64,000 nucleotides of DNA from Candidatus Sericytochromatia bacterium. GTDB taxonomy: Bacteria > Cyanobacteriota > Sericytochromatia > S15B-MN24 > VGJW01. Position numbers and translations under genes: made by a program. The stretch lies in NCBI GenBank assembly GCA_035285865.1, contig JAYKHS010000028.1, forward strand, positions 128,001 through 192,000. Reading direction: 5' to 3'. This document shows, piece by piece, positions 1 through 12,224 of the stretch (positions are counted from its first letter, which is position 1; each line of letters begins with the position of its first letter). Below the pieces are notes generated by a model that did not search any database, had not been told where the DNA came from, and saw nothing but the letters and a program-made list of their open reading frames with translations.

Positions 1-2
1 TC

Positions 3-413
3 ACGCCGCCGGCAATTCGCCCGGGTGCCACGCACGCCTATTACATCTATCCCATCAAGTACGACCAAGTCCGCATGGGTGTTCCGCGCGAGCGCATCCT
101 CGAGGCACTGCGCGCAGAGGGTATTCCGATGTATCGGTTTGCCGGTGGCTATGTCCGGCCGCAGTATTACGAGGCGATTTTCCGGGAGCGGACGGTCTTC
201 GCCAAGGGCCTGCCCTTCTCGTTGCCCCAGTGCGCGCGCATTCCCGATTACAGTGCGGCGGCCTGCCCTGTCATCGACAGGTTGTATCGCGAAGAGATGA
301 TTGTCTTCCATCTGATCTATCCACCACTGACGATTGCCGACATGGATGAGATCGCCGACGCCTTCGAGAAGGTCTTCGCCCATATCGACGACCTGCGATG
401 CGTGCCCGCCTGA
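3..413 (+). CDS. DegT/DnrJ/EryC1/StrS PLP-dependent sugar aminotransferase, C-terminal part (5' truncated by window)
   Basis: Frame is open from nt 3: ...HAYYIYPIKYD..RERILEALRAEGIP..YVRPQY..CPVIDRLY..DMDEIADAFEKV, a typical DegT-family C-terminus. Confidence 0.85.
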   Translation, partial: TPPAIRPGATHAYYIYPIKYDQVRMGVPRERILEALRAEGIPMYRFAGGYVRPQYYEAIFRERTVFAKGLPFSLPQCARIPDYSAAACPVIDRLYREEMIVFHLIYPPLTIADMDEIADAFEKVFAHIDDLRCVPA

Positions 414-1444
414 TCGTCTTCTCGTCCGACCCCGGTGGGGCGTCATGCCTGATTCCGGTTCTCAAGGACCTGCCCGAATCGTGGGCACTCAAGGTCTTTG
501 CCGGCCGGGATGCCCGAGAAGCGTTTGCGAACGCGGGGTTCGATCCTGTCGCGACGGAGCCCGATTCGATTGACGAGATGCTAGAGGGTCGCGTCACTGC
601 CGTCCTGACGTCGGCATCGAGTCTTCCGGAGCGGGACATGACGGAGAAGCGATTGTGGCGACGCGCCGCGGAACGCGATGTTCCTTCTTTGGCCGTGCTG
701 GACCAGTGGCAATGCTACGTCGCGCGCTTCAGTGGTCCGCAGGGTCGGGAGCCTCTCGGATACCTGCCGACGGCCATTGCCGTGATGGATGAACAGGCCA
801 GGACCGAGATGATCCGCGAAGGGTTTCCGGAAGATCGGCTCGTCGTGACGGGCCAACCGGCACTCGGGGTCGTTCGGGAACGGGTTGTATCACTGAAGGC
901 TGCGGATTCGACCCCCGGGGCCCGGGTGACTTGGTTCAGCCAGCCGCTGCGTGCTCTGTTCGGGCGTGATCTTGGCTTCGACGAACACGACATGCTTGGC
1001 ATCGTGCGCACGGCCATGGGCATGCTGGGAGAGGGTCGCCCTCGTCTCGTCTGCAAGTTGCATCCGCGGGAGCGTCGCGAGGACTTTCCGCCCGATGAGG
1101 CGGATTTCGAGGTCGTGGCGGGCGATCGGGACAATGATGCCTTGCTGGCGGCCAGTGACGTCGTGCTCGGGATGAGCACGGTCATGCTCGTGCATGCCGT
1201 CCTTGCCGGGATCCCGACCTTGAGTGTCTCGCCGGACACCGGCGACGCCCGCAACCGTTGCCATCCTGTGGAGATGGGGGTGGTGGCCCGTCTGGCCACC
1301 CCGGATGCGGTTGCGGAACACCTGCAGGGTCTGCTGAATGACCCGGAGTGTCGGCGCGCCGCCGTCGCCAGGTTGGCCTCATTCCCGTCGCATGAAGGTG
1401 CCGTGGATGCGGTCCTGGCCCTACTTTCGCGGTTGGTGGCATGA
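398..1444 (+). CDS. GT-B fold surface-glycan biosynthesis protein (UDP-GlcNAc 2-epimerase-like or CMP-ulosonate transferase-like)
   Basis: DPGGA, VTGQP, KLHPRE (HP motif), SDVVLGMSTVMLVHAVLAGIP; overlaps its neighbours in an operon. Confidence 0.65.
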   Translation: MRARLIVFSSDPGGASCLIPVLKDLPESWALKVFAGRDAREAFANAGFDPVATEPDSIDEMLEGRVTAVLTSASSLPERDMTEKRLWRRAAERDVPSLAVLDQWQCYVARFSGPQGREPLGYLPTAIAVMDEQARTEMIREGFPEDRLVVTGQPALGVVRERVVSLKAADSTPGARVTWFSQPLRALFGRDLGFDEHDMLGIVRTAMGMLGEGRPRLVCKLHPRERREDFPPDEADFEVVAGDRDNDALLAASDVVLGMSTVMLVHAVLAGIPTLSVSPDTGDARNRCHPVEMGVVARLATPDAVAEHLQGLLNDPECRRAAVARLASFPSHEGAVDAVLALLSRLVA

Positions 1445-2469
1445 GCAAGTTCGACACTGGAGTCGACAAGGAACTGCGTCGGCTAATCCGGCAAATGGAG
1501 CGGACCTGCTCGGAGATGATGGAGCGTGAGCGACGCGCTCCCGGCACCGTGCTCGAGTCTCGTGCTTGTCCGGCATGTGGTGAGGAGCGGAGCTCGGGTC
1601 AGCTTGCAGGCAGCCTTTTTCCCTACGTGCGCTGCGCGACCTGCACCCTGCTGTACATGAGCCCTGCGCTGCCGGCAACCACCGTGGAGGCCGGTTTCAG
1701 CCACGAGGACACCTGGACCCGTGAATACTGGTCCTTGATGAAGGCCAGGATTCGTCTCGACGACATTCCGGGCCCCGTGCAGGCGCGGCAGCACCCGGTG
1801 CTGCGGGAAGTCCTGAGTCATCGTTCGGGCGGGCGTCTTCTGGATGTCGGATGTTCCTTCGGGCAGTTCATGGCGCACGCACGGCACTTCTTTGAGGTGG
1901 AAGGTCTCGAGATCAATCCGGAAACGGCAGCCATGGCGCGAGCGCGTGGTCTTGTCGTGCATGAGGGCCGCATCGAAGACAGGGAGGGAAAGGACGTCTA
2001 CGACGTCATCACGCTCAACCAGTTACTGTACGGCCTTCACGACCCGCTGGCTCTTGTTCGCGAGACTGCTCGGCTGCTGCGGCCGGGAGGTCTGCTCTAC
2101 ATCAATACGCCTCATGCGGACTCGTTGGCCATGCGTTGGTTCGCCGGCAAGCACTGCCATGTCCTCGGCAAGGTGAACCTGAATGTATTCAACCGACGGT
2201 CCCTGATGACGATGGCCGGTAGGGCGGGGCTCGAGCCGGTGGCCTTTCATACCGAGTGGCTGAATCTGTATGGGCCGGACATTCTGGTTCATGCGCTGCT
2301 ACCTCGGGCGTTCGTGCACCGACGAAATACGTTCGTGCCTGCCTATTCGGCCTGGTGCCGAATGGACGAGTGGCTTCAGCGCCGCTTGATGGGCAACAGA
2401 TTTCCGGCACTTGGTGACTACGCCGTGGCCGTCTTCTGCAAGCCGGGAAGGGTGGTTGTCGGTGCTTGA
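1441..2469 (+). CDS. Class I SAM-dependent methyltransferase with N-terminal Zn-ribbon
   Basis: CPACG..CATC; LLDVGCSFG motif I; YDVITL; LLRPGGLLYINTP; ATGA overlap with previous gene. Confidence 0.9.
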   Translation: MSKFDTGVDKELRRLIRQMERTCSEMMERERRAPGTVLESRACPACGEERSSGQLAGSLFPYVRCATCTLLYMSPALPATTVEAGFSHEDTWTREYWSLMKARIRLDDIPGPVQARQHPVLREVLSHRSGGRLLDVGCSFGQFMAHARHFFEVEGLEINPETAAMARARGLVVHEGRIEDREGKDVYDVITLNQLLYGLHDPLALVRETARLLRPGGLLYINTPHADSLAMRWFAGKHCHVLGKVNLNVFNRRSLMTMAGRAGLEPVAFHTEWLNLYGPDILVHALLPRAFVHRRNTFVPAYSAWCRMDEWLQRRLMGNRFPALGDYAVAVFCKPGRVVVGA

Positions 2470-2586
2470 CGCAAGCGGCGAACGCCTCGATCGGCATCTG
2501 TATTGGCGTACAATGGCCGCAGTCGGTCCCACGCACTGGGTGCTCTCGCCGAGGGCAGGGTGTTCGCAAGGCGGATGGCAGGAGCG

Positions 2587-5597
<3,011 letters not shown>

Positions 5598-5601
<4 letters not shown>

Positions 5602-7271
5602 TCATCGTCGGCAACAGCCATGTCTCGGTATTCTCGGGCGGCTGCCAGCTTCGAGGCCAGCCGGCCCTGCCCGTTGCGGTCCATTGGGTGGGGGCGCTCG
5701 AGATTGAGCACTTCTACCGGGACCATCCGGCCGCCGGCAAGGTCCGGAAGTTGCTGGCCTCCGAGCGGGACCGGCTCTTCCTGATGATGGGCAACCACGA
5801 CATTTTCCGTCTCTGCGTCCTTGCCGGTCGCCACGGGCGCGAGGCCGCTCTTGCCCATGTGCTGCAGCGCTACCGGGAGGTTTTCAGCGAGCTGTCGGCC
5901 GACGGCAAGCTGGTCTGGCTTGTGGGGCCGCAGCAGGCAGACAACGTGGCCATCCCCGGCATGGGGCCGCAGGAGATTCTGGCCATCGCCCGGGAGTTCG
6001 TGGATAAGCTTGGCGGGTGGTGTGAGGCCAACGGCATTCCCGTCATCGATCCGGTTCCGGGGATTTCCGGTCCCGACGGCCGTCCCGAGCGCCGGTGGCT
6101 GCAGGCCGACGGACTGCATCTCAAGGCTTCTGCCGCACGGTTCTACTTCGATGCCGTCCGCGAGCGACTGGGGTTGGAGCTCGAGACGCGGCACGAGACC
6201 AATCTTGCATTCGAACCTCTGGACGAGCATGAGTCCTTCTGTTCGCTGGTCCTGCAGGGGCTGGACCTGCCGCCGGAGCGCCGTTCCGGGACGGTCGAGG
6301 ATCTGCGCGGACGCGTCTTGGCCTTCGCTACCGCGCGGCTGGAGGATCGGGGCATCGCGTTCGATCTGGGGCTGGACACCGACTTCGTCGATGCGGGGCT
6401 GTTCGACTCGCTTGATCTGGTCGAGATGTATGCGCATGCCACGGAAGTGCTGGGTCTGGATCTTGATTTCGATGTTTCACTTCGGAAGCTCGAGACCCTG
6501 AGCAAGTTGTGCGGTTATCTGGAAGCCCGGACCGCAGCAATCGACCCAGACGAGCCGGTCTTGGCCGACTTCATCCAGTCGATGCGTGGGGAGGCCGACG
6601 ACTCGCTCACCCGCGAGGCGGATGCGCGCATTGCCCGGATGGGGGCGGCGCGCGCGGAGATGTTGCTCGAGGCCGTGACGACAGCCGGGGGCCTCGGCGT
6701 TTACGGCATGCCGCTGTGCTGGCTCGCTCTTGCCTATGATGAGCTGGGGCGCACGGCAGAGGCAGGGCATCTGCTGCGGCAGGCCGTGCAGCCAAGCCTT
6801 CGGTTTCCGGTCCCCGAGGCACGCGCCCGGGCTATCCGGACCGGTCGGGATATTGTGGGCGAGTCCGGTGTCGTGGCCGTGGCGTCAGGCGCGGCCGCCG
6901 TGCTTCCGGATGCGCGTGCCCGCAACGTGTTGGCGGACGATGCCGATCCGGCACTGCTCGAGCGATGGCTTCGCGTCTACCTCTCCAGCTTCTCTCCGGT
7001 CGACGATGTTGCCCTTCATGTGTTTGTCGACGCCGACGAACATAAAGTCGCGGCCCTTGGCCAGTGGATCCTGGACATCGCGGGAACCGCTGCGGAAGCG
7101 ATGGCCGACGTGGTCTTGCACGTGGGCCAACCCGTCGGTGCCCAGATCCAAGCTGCCGATCTCGTCCTTGGCGTGGGACCCATCGCCAGCCTTGCCCGGT
7201 CTCTCGGATGTCCCGTTCGCCCGGTTCCAACCAGTCTCTGGTTTACCGACTCGGACGAATCATCGTCCTGA
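5598..7271 (+). CDS. Fusion: SGNH/GDSL-type hydrolase or acyltransferase + acyl carrier protein + TPR-like helix + degenerate GT-like C-terminal module
   Basis: IVGNSH (Ser7), GNHD, DGLH (D171/H174); DFVDAGLFDSLDLVEM (phosphopantetheine Ser271); WLALAYDELGRTAEA; WLRVYLSSFSPVDDVALHV; ATGA-coupled to the upstream fusion. Confidence 0.75.
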
Positions 7272-7329
7272 TTTGTCGTCCGCTTCCGGTGATCGATAGC
7301 TTTCTGTCGGCTGCAGGGTCTGCTCAAGT

Positions 7330-7355
7330 TTAAACACCCCTTGAGTCCAGCATAA
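7330..7355. promoter_or_regulatory. Phased TTAA-like repeats (TTAA-N7-TTGA-N7-ATAA)
   Basis: 11-bp period, upstream of the LysM-C39 gene. Confidence 0.45.
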
Positions 7356-7390
7356 GAACCTTCCCGGCCTGGACAGGCGATACCTCCGGT

Positions 7391-8890
7391 ATGACGTCTC
7401 CCGTCTCGATCGGCAGCTCGACCGCCTCTTCCCAGGGCCTGGTCGGCGTCCCTTCTTTCGGTGGTTCCGACACGCTCCGCACGCAGATCGAGCCGCCGTT
7501 GAACCTCGGCTTCGATCGCATCTCCCAGGGCCTTGCCAACCTTTTCGGTCAGCAGCAGCCGACCCCGCCTGTCCTGGCTCCCGTGCCGGCCCCGGCTCCC
7601 ACCCCTGGTCCCACCCCGGCCCCTTCTCCGGTTCCTGGGCCTGCGCCTGTCCCTGGTCAGCCTGCGCCCCAGCCTCTGCCGCTGCCCGGGCCGGGTGGGT
7701 CCGACATCCTGAACAACCTGCCCGGCATCATCGGCGGGGTAGTGGGCGTCATCGGTGCGATCGGTGCGATCGGTGGTGCTTTCGGCAAGACCTTTCAGAA
7801 GGACCCCAAGCCGACTCCTCCCGCGCCGGCTCCCGTGCCGCCCGGGACTCCGACCACGCAGCCGCCTTACACTCTGCCGCCCGGCGCCCCGGTCTACGTG
7901 CCGCCTCCGGGTTCGACGATGCCAGCTCCCCAGCCCCGCGAGGGTGCGACTCCGCTGCCCATCGGTCGGCCCCCCGTCCAGGCACCCGTGGCACCGGCTC
8001 CCGCGCCCGTCGCTGCCCCTGTCGCCCCGCCGCCCGCCATCGTCGTGGCTCCGCCGCCGGCAACACCGACGGTCCCGGCCAATCCTCCCGTTCCGGCCGC
8101 GCCTGCTGCCCCGGCCCCTGTGACTCCGGCCCAGCCTGTTGCTCCGGCCTCGCGTACCGTGACGGTCTCGCGTGGCGATACCCTGTGGGCCATCGCTGCC
8201 CGGGAACTGGGTGATGGTCGTCGCTGGCGCGAAATCCACGAGGCCAACCGCGGGCTCATCAAGGACCCCAACCTCATCTATCCGGGGCAGAAGTTCGTGA
8301 TCCCCGGCAAGGTCGCCGAGCCCATCCGACCGGTCGGCGATCGGCCGGCGCCCATCGGCGGAGACGATCGGACCCAAGTTCGCGCCCATACCCCCGGCAT
8401 CAACCAGTATCGTCCCGATGGTGCCGGCGCGGATTACCGCAACGGACCTTCCAACTGCGGCCCGACTTCGATGGCCATGATCGCGCGGGCGATCGGCTGG
8501 CGCGACAGCCTGTCCGAAGCCCGGCTCATCAACACGCTCGGCGATATCGGCGGCACGACGGCGGAAGGCACCAGCATCGGCGGTCTCGGCAAGATGGCGC
8601 AGGCCATGGGTCTTTCGGTCACCAGTCAGGCCGGATCCTACCTTGCCTGGGCCAATGGCCAACTCGCGGCCGGCAAGTGGGTCATCTTCAACGGCGACTA
8701 TCACGAGATGAATCCCCATCGGAATCCTGCGCGGACGTCCGGACACTACGTGCTCTGTTATGGTCTGGAAGATGGCCAGTATCTGGTTCACGATCCTGCG
8801 GACGATCGGGTCAGGCGGGTGTCCCCCGACGAGATGTACCGCTTCGTCAAGGCGCACCCTTCAGGTGGCTTCCAGATCGCTGTCGGCTGA
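7391..8890 (+). CDS. Pro-rich protein with LysM domain and C-terminal C39-like (papain-fold) peptidase
   Basis: [37 protein letters not shown] (LysM); [22 protein letters not shown] (Cys-His-Asp). Confidence 0.88.
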   Translation: MTSPVSIGSSTASSQGLVGVPSFGGSDTLRTQIEPPLNLGFDRISQGLANLFGQQQPTPPVLAPVPAPAPTPGPTPAPSPVPGPAPVPGQPAPQPLPLPGPGGSDILNNLPGIIGGVVGVIGAIGAIGGAFGKTFQKDPKPTPPAPAPVPPGTPTTQPPYTLPPGAPVYVPPPGSTMPAPQPREGATPLPIGRPPVQAPVAPAPAPVAAPVAPPPAIVVAPPPATPTVPANPPVPAAPAAPAPVTPAQPVAPASRTVTVSRGDTLWAIAARELGDGRRWREIHEANRGLIKDPNLIYPGQKFVIPGKVAEPIRPVGDRPAPIGGDDRTQVRAHTPGINQYRPDGAGADYRNGPSNCGPTSMAMIARAIGWRDSLSEARLINTLGDIGGTTAEGTSIGGLGKMAQAMGLSVTSQAGSYLAWANGQLAAGKWVIFNGDYHEMNPHRNPARTSGHYVLCYGLEDGQYLVHDPADDRVRRVSPDEMYRFVKAHPSGGFQIAVG

Positions 8891-8914
8891 GCGCGCCAGG
8901 TCGCCCGGGCTGAC

Positions 8915-9388
8915 ATGACGGATCCGCTCGGTCACCTGCCGGCGCATGCGGTCCTGAGCGCCGTGCGTTTCGGACCTGCTGCCGGCGACCTGTTGCTGAC
9001 CTTCGCGCACGGCCCGCGGTTGGCTCTGCCCGTGGCCCTGCTGCCTCCGTTGCGGCGACTGACCGCGGAACAGCTCTCTGGCCTCGAGGTAGCCGATGAC
9101 GGCCTCGCGGTGGCGTGGCCGGCCCTCGGGATGGTACTCCCGGTGTCGACCTTGCTGCCGTTGGTCTTCGGCCTTGAAGCCAGGATTGCAGACACGCCGC
9201 AGGATGGTGCGGTGGGACTCGATGGGGCGGGGCCGCTTCCCGGCACGCCGGCGCCCGAGCCATGGACCGAGCAGGACCTGATGAAGGCTTGGGCCCGTGC
9301 CGCCGGTTCGCGGCGCAGTGCGGCCAAGACCGAGGCTGCCCGACGGAATGGACGCAAGGGGGGCCGTCCGCGCAAGGCCAAGGCTTAA
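8915..9388 (+). CDS. DUF2442-family protein with basic C-terminal tail
   Basis: LTAEQLSGLEVADDGLAVAWPAL..LVFG; tail GSRRSAAKTEAARRNGRKGGRPRK. Confidence 0.7.
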   Translation: MTDPLGHLPAHAVLSAVRFGPAAGDLLLTFAHGPRLALPVALLPPLRRLTAEQLSGLEVADDGLAVAWPALGMVLPVSTLLPLVFGLEARIADTPQDGAVGLDGAGPLPGTPAPEPWTEQDLMKAWARAAGSRRSAAKTEAARRNGRKGGRPRKAKA

Positions 9389-9421
9389 TGGGTTGTTTAC
9401 AAGTCCTGAATAAAACCTTAT
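9385..9421. promoter_or_regulatory. Four phased TTAA-like repeats (TTAA-N7-TTTA-N7-TGAA-N7-TTAT)
   Basis: 11-bp period, directly upstream of the lipoprotein ATG at 9431. Confidence 0.45.
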
Positions 9422-9430
9422 TGTGAGGGC

Positions 9431-10771
9431 ATGCATGCAACCGTGTTTCGGGCCATCCTGCTGGTGGCCGTGACCCTGCTTTCGGCCTGCGGTTCCCCGT
9501 TGCCCCGGGTCGGCCCGGACAGCGCCATCCTGGCGGCAGCTTCCGCCCCCGCAGCCGACCGCGCCGCCTATGTCTCGGGCACCGCGGACGCCCTCGAGAC
9601 CGCCCTGCGCGAGGGTGACGCACGATCCTTCGAGGCATTCGTGGCCTGGGCGGAGGGTGCGGATCCTGATCCGATCGCCACGCGGGCCATCCTTGCGCGC
9701 GTGCTGGAACGGACCTCGGGATCTGCTGTCCTTGCAGCTGGCGCCCGTGCTTGGCGGGTCCGGCTAGCGACCCTCTCGCAGCGGGTGGCCCCCAAAGTGC
9801 GTGCTGTCGCTGCCAAGGCTCCCATCCGCCTGCCCGTCGACGAGACGGCCCACCCGCGTGCCCTGACGGAATGGTGGTACCTGAACGGTCACCTGACGGA
9901 CGGCAAGCGTCGCTACGGCTTTGAGTACACCCTTTTCAAGGTCGGCCCCCTGCTTCGCTGGGCGCACGTGGCCCTTACCGAGGAGTCGTCTGGCCGCTTC
10001 CGCTACTTGCGTGAGCCCATTCGTCGTCGCGAAGCGCTCGAGGCGACAGACAAGCTTGACCTCGCCTACGGCGGCCATCGGTTCCGCGCGATCGGTCCCG
10101 AGGCCTGGTCCCTGACGGGCCGTACCGACGGCGCTCAACTGGACCTCGACTTTTCGACCACCAAGTCGCCGATGCTGATGAACGGTGACGGCATCATAGA
10201 CATGCCGGAAGGCGACTTTTCCTGGTACTACTCGCGCACGCGGCTGGACACTCGTGGCAGCCTCCTGCTTGATGGTCGTCGGCTCGCCGTCACCGGTCTG
10301 TCCTGGTTCGATCACCAGTGGGGTCCGTTCTACGTTACGGGCTTCAAGGAGCGCTGGGACTGGTTCTCCATCCAGACCGACGATGGCACGGATTACAATC
10401 TGTTCGGCTTCCGGAACGGCGACGGTACCGTCGTGGCCCGGTATGCGAACGTGCTGGATGCGGAGGGACGCCTGACGACGGCGCGGGCCTTCGATCTCGA
10501 GCGCCGAGCCTGGTGGCAGAGTCCCCGGACGCGAAAGTGGTACACGACGTCGTGGGCGCTGGCCTTGCCGGATCGTCAGGAGACCTTCCGCCTCGATGCC
10601 ACGGTGCCGGAGCAGGAGCTGGCACGCCGTGTGCCGTTCCTGCTGGATCCATTGCCGGAGTACTGGGAGGGTTCGATGAAGGTGGCCCGTACGGGTCCTG
10701 GCGGCCAAGCCGTGTCAGGATTCGCCTACTGCGAGCACTTCGGCTTCACGGAGCGCCCACAGGCACGCTAG
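9431..10771 (+). CDS. Lipoprotein with AttH/CrtC-like double lipocalin domain
   Basis: Lipobox LSAC; HP..TEWWYLNG, SWYYSR, WFDHQWG, WDWFSIQ, YWEG. Confidence 0.85.
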   Translation: MHATVFRAILLVAVTLLSACGSPLPRVGPDSAILAAASAPAADRAAYVSGTADALETALREGDARSFEAFVAWAEGADPDPIATRAILARVLERTSGSAVLAAGARAWRVRLATLSQRVAPKVRAVAAKAPIRLPVDETAHPRALTEWWYLNGHLTDGKRRYGFEYTLFKVGPLLRWAHVALTEESSGRFRYLREPIRRREALEATDKLDLAYGGHRFRAIGPEAWSLTGRTDGAQLDLDFSTTKSPMLMNGDGIIDMPEGDFSWYYSRTRLDTRGSLLLDGRRLAVTGLSWFDHQWGPFYVTGFKERWDWFSIQTDDGTDYNLFGFRNGDGTVVARYANVLDAEGRLTTARAFDLERRAWWQSPRTRKWYTTSWALALPDRQETFRLDATVPEQELARRVPFLLDPLPEYWEGSMKVARTGPGGQAVSGFAYCEHFGFTERPQAR

Positions 10772-10959
10772 CCGTCGAGCGGCTCGGTACTGATGGTGGC
10801 CGAGAAGTCTTCCTCGTCGAACGTGATATGGAACTGCATCGGTCGGCAGCAGACCTGGCAGTCCTCGATGAACTGCTGGCTCATGCCTTGGGACAAGTCG
10901 ACCTCGGTGACGCTCTCTTGGCCACACCAGGCACAGACGTAGGTTGCAGTGGTATCCAT
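10768..10959 (-). CDS. CPXCG-motif cysteine-rich small protein
   Basis: CAWCG..DLS...QQFIEDCQVCCRP. Confidence 0.85.
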   Translation of the reverse strand: MDTTATYVCAWCGQESVTEVDLSQGMSQQFIEDCQVCCRPMQFHITFDEEDFSATISTEPLDG

Positions 10960-10991
10960 GATTCAGGGTTTACCCGCAGAAGGAGGGCAAG

Positions 10992-11876
10992 ATGCGGGCG
11001 CGAGCCTTGATGGCGTGGTTGCCCTTCGCGACCATGGTGGTGCTGGTCGGTTACATGCTGCGCGGCTGGTTGCGCCCCGAAACACCTGCCTACGTGTTGC
11101 TTCCACTCCTGGGCTTGGCAACCGTCGTCCGATTCACGCTGCTGGCTGGTGGCGCCTGCTGGGTCTACTACGGGCCTGCTGGTCGCTGGGTCGGCGCCCC
11201 ACGAATCCAGCAGGCCTGGCCGACACGCGCGCAGATGCTGCGGGAGCTGGGTTGGTCCGTCAGCACGGCTTTGGTCTTCACGGTGATGGCCGGCATCGTG
11301 TTTCTCGCGGCGCGCGCAGGCGTGACACGGATGCTGACGACTCCACCCGATGCGTGGGAGGTGCTGCGCTTGCCTGTGACCGTGTTGGTCATGCTCGTCC
11401 TGCACGACGGGTACTTCTATGCCCTTCATCGCGCCCTGCACTGGGGGCCACTCTTCCGACTGGCTCATCGGGTGCATCATCGGTCGACGCATCCGACTCC
11501 GCTTGCCGCCTTTGCGTTCCATCCGATCGAGGCCGTGCTCGAAGCTGGAATCTTGCCGTTGTTGGTCTTTCTGCTCCCGTGGCGACCGCTGGATTTGGGG
11601 CTGTTTGCCCTTGCCAGCTTGTCGTTGAACGTCCTCGGTCATCTGGGTCACGAGGTCTTCCGGCCAGATTGGGCGCGGCATCGCTTGCTCGGTTGGCTGA
11701 ACACCTCCACGCACCATAACCTGCATCATCAGCATGTCCGGGGGCACTACGGGCTCTACACCAACATCTGGGATCGTTGGTTCGGCTCCCAGCGAAGCGA
11801 CTATGTGGCGCGTTATGAAGCCGTCCACGCCGAACCGCAAGTGCTCGGCTTGACATTGGGCCAAGTACCCGGGTAG
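10992..11876 (+). CDS. Sterol desaturase / fatty acid hydroxylase family
   Basis: His boxes YALHRALH, HRVHH, HLGH, HHNLHH; WDRWFG; several TM segments. Confidence 0.92.
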   Translation: MRARALMAWLPFATMVVLVGYMLRGWLRPETPAYVLLPLLGLATVVRFTLLAGGACWVYYGPAGRWVGAPRIQQAWPTRAQMLRELGWSVSTALVFTVMAGIVFLAARAGVTRMLTTPPDAWEVLRLPVTVLVMLVLHDGYFYALHRALHWGPLFRLAHRVHHRSTHPTPLAAFAFHPIEAVLEAGILPLLVFLLPWRPLDLGLFALASLSLNVLGHLGHEVFRPDWARHRLLGWLNTSTHHNLHHQHVRGHYGLYTNIWDRWFGSQRSDYVARYEAVHAEPQVLGLTLGQVPG

Positions 11877-11897
11877 GGTATCCAAAGGAGGCTGCCC

Positions 11898-12224
11898 ATG
11901 TTCGGTTTCGGTGCTTCATCGGTTCCTGTCCTTTCCCCCGAGTCGCTTGCCAGTCGTCTGGAAGCGGGTGAGAAGCCCTGCATCGTGGATGTCCGTGAGC
12001 CTCATGAGACAGCGGCCGGCCATATCCCGGGTGCGCGCCTCGTGCCCTTGGGGACCCTTGAGGCGCATCTCGGCGAGCTGCCCGCTCAAGAGGAAGTCGT
12101 GATGGTCTGCCGCAGCGGTGGCCGCAGTGCCATGGCGACCCAGATGGCCCTGTCCGCGGGCTTGAAGGCCGTGAACATGTCCGGTGGCATGCTGGCTTGG
12201 CGGGGAGCCGTCGTTCGCCCCTGA
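11898..12224 (+). CDS. Rhodanese-like domain protein
   Basis: IVDVREPHE..GHIPGA, CRSGGRS, NMSGGMLAW; AAGGAGG RBS. Confidence 0.92.
   Translation: MFGFGASSVPVLSPESLASRLEAGEKPCIVDVREPHETAAGHIPGARLVPLGTLEAHLGELPAQEEVVMVCRSGGRSAMATQMALSAGLKAVNMSGGMLAWRGAVVRP

Noticed and set aside
7560..8150. Repetitive CCGGC-rich DNA resembling a tandem repeat or CRISPR
   Set aside because: Encodes Pro/Ala-rich linkers; no fixed repeat-spacer period and no cas genes
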